NCBI RefSeq assembly: GCF_009914755.1
Contig: NC_060946.1
Strand: one strand, 5' to 3'
Length of the DNA stretch: 64,000 nt
Source of the DNA: the human T2T-CHM13v2.0 reference genome, Homo sapiens
Positions within the stretch are counted from its first letter, which is position 1; each line of letters opens with the position of its first letter. The position numbers and the translations under genes were made by a program. This document shows, in pieces, positions 56,668 to 64,000 of this stretch. The notes below the pieces were generated by a model that was not told where the DNA came from, did not search any database, and saw only the letters and a list, made by a program, of their open reading frames with translations.

Positions 56668-57475
56668 CTTTCTTTTTAAAAATAAGAATAATAGTGCTTA
56701 TTTATAAGATTGTTAGTATTAAACGATTTATCCCATATACAACTCTTGCCACATAGTAAACACTTAAATATTACCTGTGAGTATTATTATTCACACTGAA
56801 CAATTACCACGTACCAGTTTAGTTCATCAAATCTCACAGGAATTCTATTAGGTAGGCATTATTATTTTCATTCTACAACTAAGGAAACTGAGCCTCAGGG
56901 AGAGTAAGGAACTTTTCCAGGCTTATGTGGTTGATGGGTGGTGGCGCATCCAGGCTGGGATGCTTACAAGGGGCTCAGTACAAGTTTGTCGAATCTATTT
57001 GAGGAGCCTGTTCAGTCTTTGTCCTTTCTGGTGACCAATGCAGACTTCCAATTGCCTTGGTTGCTGGAGCCAGAGTTCAGCCCCAGGGGAGTTGGTCCAG
57101 TTTTTCTGCCCTGCAGCCTTCCATGTTGTTCAGGTTCTGAGCCTGACTGCATATGGGTTGGGTTTGTTTGTTTTTGACTCCATTGAGAAGATGTCTCCCG
57201 GCCCATTCCCAGGTCAGTACACAAACTCATTCCATCTGCCTTACAATTAAGATTCAAAAGCAGACGGCAAGTAAATCTCTCCCTGTTCACCGATTCCAAT
57301 CAGCAATTATGCTCTTAATGACCAGCTAAAAAGGAATTCACAAAAGCAAACCACAGTATTAAATATAGAATTGTATTGATGCTGACCTGCTGGGAGCACT
57401 TTCTGTTCCTTTTCCAGAGTGATGTCTGAGAACAAGGATATAATCTTCCTTCCCCAAACATTTTTTGCCCTTTTA

Positions 57476-57970
<495 letters not shown>

Positions 57971-58673
57971 TTATGGGGGAGTGGAGGAAGAGACATTTGA
58001 AAACCAAACCAAAAATTCTAGCACCCTTGTTGATGAACGCTTATGCTAGGCCAACCTCTGTGCTGAGATCTTTATACTTCTGATTTCTTTGGGACCTGGG
58101 AAGAGTCCTCGGAAGGGAGCCACTGCCATTGTTCCCGTTTAACAGATGAGCAGAGTTCAGAGAGCTGATTTAGCCAAGATCACCTAATGATGGCCTAAAA
58201 ATCTCCACCCAAGTGTAACTGATTGGCAAACTTTGACTTTTGACTACAAACTCACGAGAGAATAACCCTGAGTCCCCCAGCTGTGGTGATGGGAATACTA
58301 TGAGCATGTTTTGACTGAGTGTGTCCCGGAATGGTATTTAGCGCTTTCACAAACATTAAGCCACCTTAGCCTAACAAGCACCTTCTTGGGTAGGTATTGC
58401 CAATGTTTTTCATTGTGGTGGCCCAGCTCCTAAGTGGAACAGCCTGGGCTTGTCCTAGTTGATCACACTGCCTCTCTGGTATGGCGATTGGGGTCAGCAG
58501 TGGGGATGGGCAGGATGAAGCTTCTGCTCTTTTATGGGGTGAAGTGGGTGAGAGTAGCACCTTGCTTCACTGAAGTTGCATTCTCCATTTGGAGAAGGCC
58601 AGCTGAGAATAGAAACTCACTCTCCACTCTTTCCCATGGAGCTCAATGGCCCAGGGAACAACTTCAGAGAGAC

Positions 58674-59058
58674 TATATTAGTTTGCGAGCACTTCTATAA
58701 TAAAGTACCATAGCCTAGGGAGCCTAAACAACAAAAATTTATTTTCTCATAGTTCTGGAGGCTGGAAGTGTGAGATCAAGGTGTCAGTAGGGTTGGTTTC
58801 TTTCAAGACCTGTCTCTTCCTAGCTTGCAGATGGCTGTCTTCTGTCTGAATCTTCACCTTGTCTTTTCTCTGTGCATGTCTGTGTTCAAATTTCTTCATC
58901 TTACAAAGACAGCAGTAGTATTAGATAAGGGCCCACTCTCATGACCTCACTTTACTTAATTATCTCTTTAAAGACTCTGTCTCCAAATATAGTCACATGC
59001 TGAGGTATTGGGAGTTAGGGCTTCAACATACAATTTAGGCCATGGCGGAGACCCAGTA
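58674..59058 (-). mobile_element. MLT1B-like solo LTR
   Basis: catagttctggaggctggaag...tgaggtattgggagttagggcttcaacat. Confidence 0.88.
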
Positions 59059-60169
59059 GAGTTTTTTTTTTTTAATCAAACATCCATAACTTGATTTTCA
59101 GTAAGTCCATATGGCAAAAACCCCGAAATCTCTCTAATTGTCAGGTTCCACATTTCTGAAACTGGCAGGTAGTTGTGAGAATAAAATGGGACAATATATT
59201 TAAAGTACAAAGCTGTTTAGGTTCTCAAAGCATTAGTTCCCGTCACTGCTGTACAGACTCTTTTCCCAACACCATAGCTGTGGCTAAGTCCCGATTGTAT
59301 TCCCAAAATGTTTCTGGCTGTTCTGTGGATGGCTAAAGGCTAGGGTCAAACGCATTTCATTTGGGGAAAAAATGCTGCTTGAATTTGTGGTGGTGAACAT
59401 TTTCTTGCCCACTCTCTCTGGCTTGTACTTCTATGATGGTAGAGACAATGCTAACTATTCACAAAATCTTGTTTAATATTCATCTTCTCGTGCATGCAGG
59501 CAGAGTATAGTTCCCAGCTATCCTGCAGGTAGGTTAGAGATACATGACTGGGTTCTCGCCAACAGCATGTGGGCAGAGATTACATAATCTACTCCCAGGC
59601 CATGCCAATATTTTGGATAATTTTTACTAACAGAAAAGTTATAAGGATAGTGTAGAAAGTTCCCATGTAACCTTCACCCAGCTTCCCCGGATGTTAGCGT
59701 CTTGCGTAATCACGGCACATTGGTTAAACCTAAGATACTAACGTTGGTACTTTGCTGTTAAACAACAGACTTCAGATTGCCCTTGTTTTTCCACTGATAT
59801 ACTTTTGTATGTTCCAGAATCCAATCCAGGATATCATATTGCATTCAGTTATCATGTTTCCTTAATCTTCTCCAATCTGTGACAGTTTCTCATTCATTTC
59901 TTCTTTCATGACTTTGACAGTTTTAAGGAGAACTGATCAGATATTTTATAAAATATTCCTCAGTTTTAGTTTTTCTGATGTTTTTCTCATTATGAAACTG
60001 GGAGTATAAGATATAATCCTATAAGGAAGAAAACTACTGATGTAAAGTGTGTTTCTTATTGCTTCATGTAGAGGGTCCATGAACTCCACATGACTTAGCA
60101 CTGCTGGTGTTAACCTTAATCACTTGGTTAAGGTGGTATCTGCCAGTTTTATCTACTTTAAGGGTAGTA

Positions 60170-60517
60170 CAGATACTCCTTGACTTATGAGGGGTTACAT
60201 CCTAATAAACCCATTGTAAATGAAAAATGCTATAAATTGAAAATGTGTTTAATACACCAAACTTACCAAAGATCATAGCTTAGCCTAACCTGCTTCAAAC
60301 ATGCACAAAACACTTATGTTAGCCCACAGTTGGACAAAATCATCTAACACAAAGCCAGCTTTATAACAAAGAATTAAATATCTCATGAAATCGTGTAATT
60401 TATTGAATAGTGAAAGTGAAAAACAGAATGGCTGTATGGGTACTCGAAATACAGTTTCTACTGAATTCATATTGCTTTTGCACCATCCTAAAGTCAAAAT
60501 ATCATAAGTCAGAGATG
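60170..60517. mobile_element. Tigger-derived MITE (MER47-like)
   Basis: ta|cagatactccttgacttatgaggggttacatcctaataaaccc... Confidence 0.8.
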
Positions 60518-60791
60518 TTTCTCATCTCCATAATTTAATCCTTGGAGATGAGTCAGTAAGTCCAGCCTACTCTCAAGGGTTTATTCTAGCTTCCCCTCTT
60601 TGCTTATTTTTAACTTCTTTTCTGTGACAGTAAAAAATGTAGTTTCCATTATCTACAATTTATTTAGTTATTTGTTAATCCCAGTATACAATTAACACAC
60701 CATTTTTCAAGGTTAATTAGGTCAACTCCCTTTTTTTCTACTCCCATCGGTGAGGTTATATGATATATTTGTATATTTGTAATACAGTTAG

Positions 60792-61108
<317 letters not shown>

Positions 61109-61831
61109 TAGATTTATTTTTCATGTCCTGGATTCCATCCTGGTTTCCCTGGACATCCTAGTCGCTTTTTATAAAAACTGTGTACAGTACAATTGACTCT
61201 GTAAGAATTCTGACAAATACATAGATTCATGTAACCACCACTTCAGGGCCACAGAGAATCGTTCCACAACCCTGAAAAATCCCTTATATGGACTCCATGT
61301 AGTCACCCCCTTCCCTTCTCCCAACCCTTGGCAACCACTGATCTGTGTTCTGTTCCTAAAGCTTCGCCTTTCCTATCATATCGTATACATAGAATCATAT
61401 GATATGAATGCTATGAAGTATTTTGGTTCTGGACTTCTTTCAATTGACAAAATACATTTAAGATGTATCTATGTTGCTGTTGAATCAGCAGCTTGTTAAT
61501 TTTTTTTTTTTAGAGCTGAGTAGTGTTCTATTGTATGGATGTGCCACAGTTTGTTGATCCATTTAGAACTTTGCATATTTTTTCCTGCCCGATAAAAACA
61601 TTTCTGTCATTATTATTGTAAAGACCTCATGAACATCCTGTTTTTGCCTTGCCCTAACCTTGAAGTGGGACTCAGTACCTCTTTATAATCACTCCTGGAA
61701 AGAATCCTCTTTTCAAAGTATTAGTGAGCAATGAAAATTTTGCTCAAGATTTTGTAGAGGGAATTCAGAAGGGCTTTACATGGTACACTCTGCAACAAAC
61801 ACCAAATTGTATGGTATTTCCAGATACCCCA

Positions 61832-61833
<2 letters not shown>

Positions 61834-61870
<37 letters not shown>
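61834..61870. repeat. (TG)n microsatellite, about 18 perfect units
   Basis: Uninterrupted gtgtgt... Confidence 0.97.
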
Positions 61871-61872
<2 letters not shown>

Positions 61873-61884
61873 TTCTTCTTTCTC

Positions 61885-62190
61885 CTCCTCCTTTTTGTTT
61901 TTTTTTTTTTGAGACAGAGTCTAGCTGTGTCACCTAGACTGGAGTGCAGTGGCACCATCTCGGCTCACTGCAACCCCCGCCTCCCAGGGTCAAGTGATTC
62001 CCCTGACTCAGCCTCCTGAGTAGCTGGGACTACAGGTGCGCACTGCCACTCCCAGCTAATTTTTTGTATTTTAGTAGAGACACGGTTTCACCATGTTGGC
62101 CAGGATGGTCTCGATCTCTTGACCTCCTGATCCACCTGCCTTAGCCTCCTAAAGTGCCGGGATTACAGGCGTGAGCCACTGTGTCCAGCC
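61885..62190 (-). mobile_element. AluSc-like
   Basis: ggccaggatggtctcgatctcttgacc; TSD tcttctttctc. Confidence 0.96.
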
Positions 62191-63632
62191 TCTTCTTTCT
62201 CTTTTACCCCACTCAGGGCTCCAACATCTAGGTGGTGCCTTCCAACTCCCAGACCTTCTTCCTCTCCTCCTTTCCATTACTCTCTCTCATTCCCTGTCTC
62301 CTGATGATCTAGAATAATTTAGCTCTGATTCCTCCAAGCTTACCTTCCACAACCATCACCCTGCTCAGCAAACAGAGAACCCTGTATTCACCAGATTTTG
62401 TCTTTCTCAGTAAGTAATGCCTATGTTTTCTATCACATTATTTTTTATAACTTCCTACTGTTGATGTGAGGGCTACCTGAATGAATGAGGTAATGTATAT
62501 GAAGCCTTTTACACAATAGCTGGCATATAACAAAGTACTAAATAAATTGTAATTTTTATTATTGTTATTTTATTATAACTACTCCTGGTAAGAGATGGCT
62601 AATGTAGGAAGCTACCAAATAAAGATGTATTACTTAGATCTTTCGTGGCTTGTTTTACCTTTGACAAGAAAAGAGACTTCTAGAAAGAGTCCTGTTCAAG
62701 GATGAAGCTCAGAAAGACTTCAGGAAACAAGGAACCCCTACCTCTGAAGCAATTCTTGAAAGCCTTGGTAGGAGTGATTATTGATTAAGTGTCTGCGGTT
62801 GATCTACCCCAGGGGTGAAGGTTGCCTGCTTACTAAGAAGAAAACCTGCTGACCACTGGCCTTGTTAGACAGAACCTTGCTAGGTTCCTGGAGAGGTTTC
62901 CTGGCTGAGGTTGAGAGACAGAAATTCACCCATCTGTCAGAGATTTTGCAGGCCCAGCCCAGCTTGAAAAGCAGGGCCATGTACATGACCTTGGGATGGG
63001 CTTTTGCTCACATCTTCACTGATACCCACAGTCTGATTTGAGATTCTGGCTTGCTTACTGTGCAGCTGGATGATGTAAACAAGGTGTATTTTTAGTCTCT
63101 TGCATGATCTCTTTTAAGTTAGAACCAAAGTTGTCATCTTCCTCTTAACACAGGCTCCTCCTCTTCCAGGGTTCCCTTTCTCAGGAAGAGCAGCACCATT
63201 CACACAGCCATCCCCTGAAGCCTCCCTGAATAGTTTTCTCCCTGATCCAGTCACTTTTTCCGTCCCATAGATTCTACTTCTACAGTATCTCTCAGCTCCA
63301 TCCCTCTCCACTGCCTCTGGCTTCCTTTATGCTCTCATCAGCTCTTTACTGGCCCAGCTTTTGCTAGTCTCACTCCTGCTATAATAAAACAAGGCAAAAC
63401 CTAAGTGACTCCCTCATCAGTCAGGTTATGCTATCTTATATGTGTAACGAAACAATGAACTCCAAAATCCCCAGGGCATTCAGCAACAAAGGCTTATTTC
63501 TCACACACACACTACACACTTCTCACTAGTTGGCTGTATTTCTCTGTTCCACGTTACTCCAGGCCATACTCTGGAATGGAGCAGCTACCTTATGGAATAA
63601 TGATGGTCTTTCTGTCTGAGACAAGGAGAAGG

Positions 63633-63968
63633 GGCCGGGCATGGTGGCTCACACCTGTAATCCTAGCACTTTGGGAGGCTGAGAAGGAGGATCACTTGAG
63701 CTCAGTAGTTTGAGACCAGCCTGGACATATAGTGAGACCTCATCTCTGCTAAACATGAAAAAAGATAGCTGGATGTGGTGGCTCATGCCTGTAGTTCCAA
63801 CTACTCAGGGGGTGGGGGTCAGGGGTGCTAAGGCAACAGGATCACTTGAGCCTGGGAGGTGAAGGCTGCAGTGAGCCATGACCAAGCTACTGCACTCCAG
63901 CTTGAGCAGCAAAGCAAGATTCTGTCTCAACAACAAACAAACAAAAAAACAGAACAAAACAAAAAACA
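63633..63968 (+). mobile_element. AluJ with a G-rich internal insertion and (AAAC)n tail
   Basis: ggatcacttgagcc...gaaggctgcagtgagccatga; gggggtgggggtcagggg inside the right arm. Confidence 0.93.
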
Positions 63969-64000
63969 AAGAGAGGGAACATTCCTTCTATGTCACAGGT

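Overview
Repeat-rich, CpG-poor simian primate genomic DNA, most likely human or ape because AluY, AluS and AluJ are all present. It reads as intergenic or deep intronic sequence. I can support no protein-coding exon, RNA gene, CpG island or CRISPR array, and the long ORFs are L1 ORF2 remnants, Alu/LTR read-through or chance. The window holds about 30 Alus, 5'-truncated L1PA/L1PB copies, older L1M copies, many MIR/L2/L3 fragments, MaLR/ERVL/ERV1 solo LTRs, and Tigger, hAT and Mariner MITEs. Subfamily names come from recognition by eye and need RepeatMasker/Dfam confirmation. The most notable structures are: (i) an L1PB insertion with an apparent 3' transduction, bounded by a perfect 13-bp TSD (target-site duplication), inside a multiply nested MIR > ERV1-LTR insertion cluster; (ii) an LTR10-like solo LTR with three contiguous p53 half-sites, CCAAT/TATA, a splice donor and a well-formed 84-nt downstream exon, a candidate p53-inducible lncRNA; (iii) a highly decayed ~15-16 bp GGAAAAAT tandem array that seems to predate MIR/L2 insertions; (iv) two non-transposon local copy events (118 bp and ~245 bp); (v) several enhancer-like unique blocks and hairpins.
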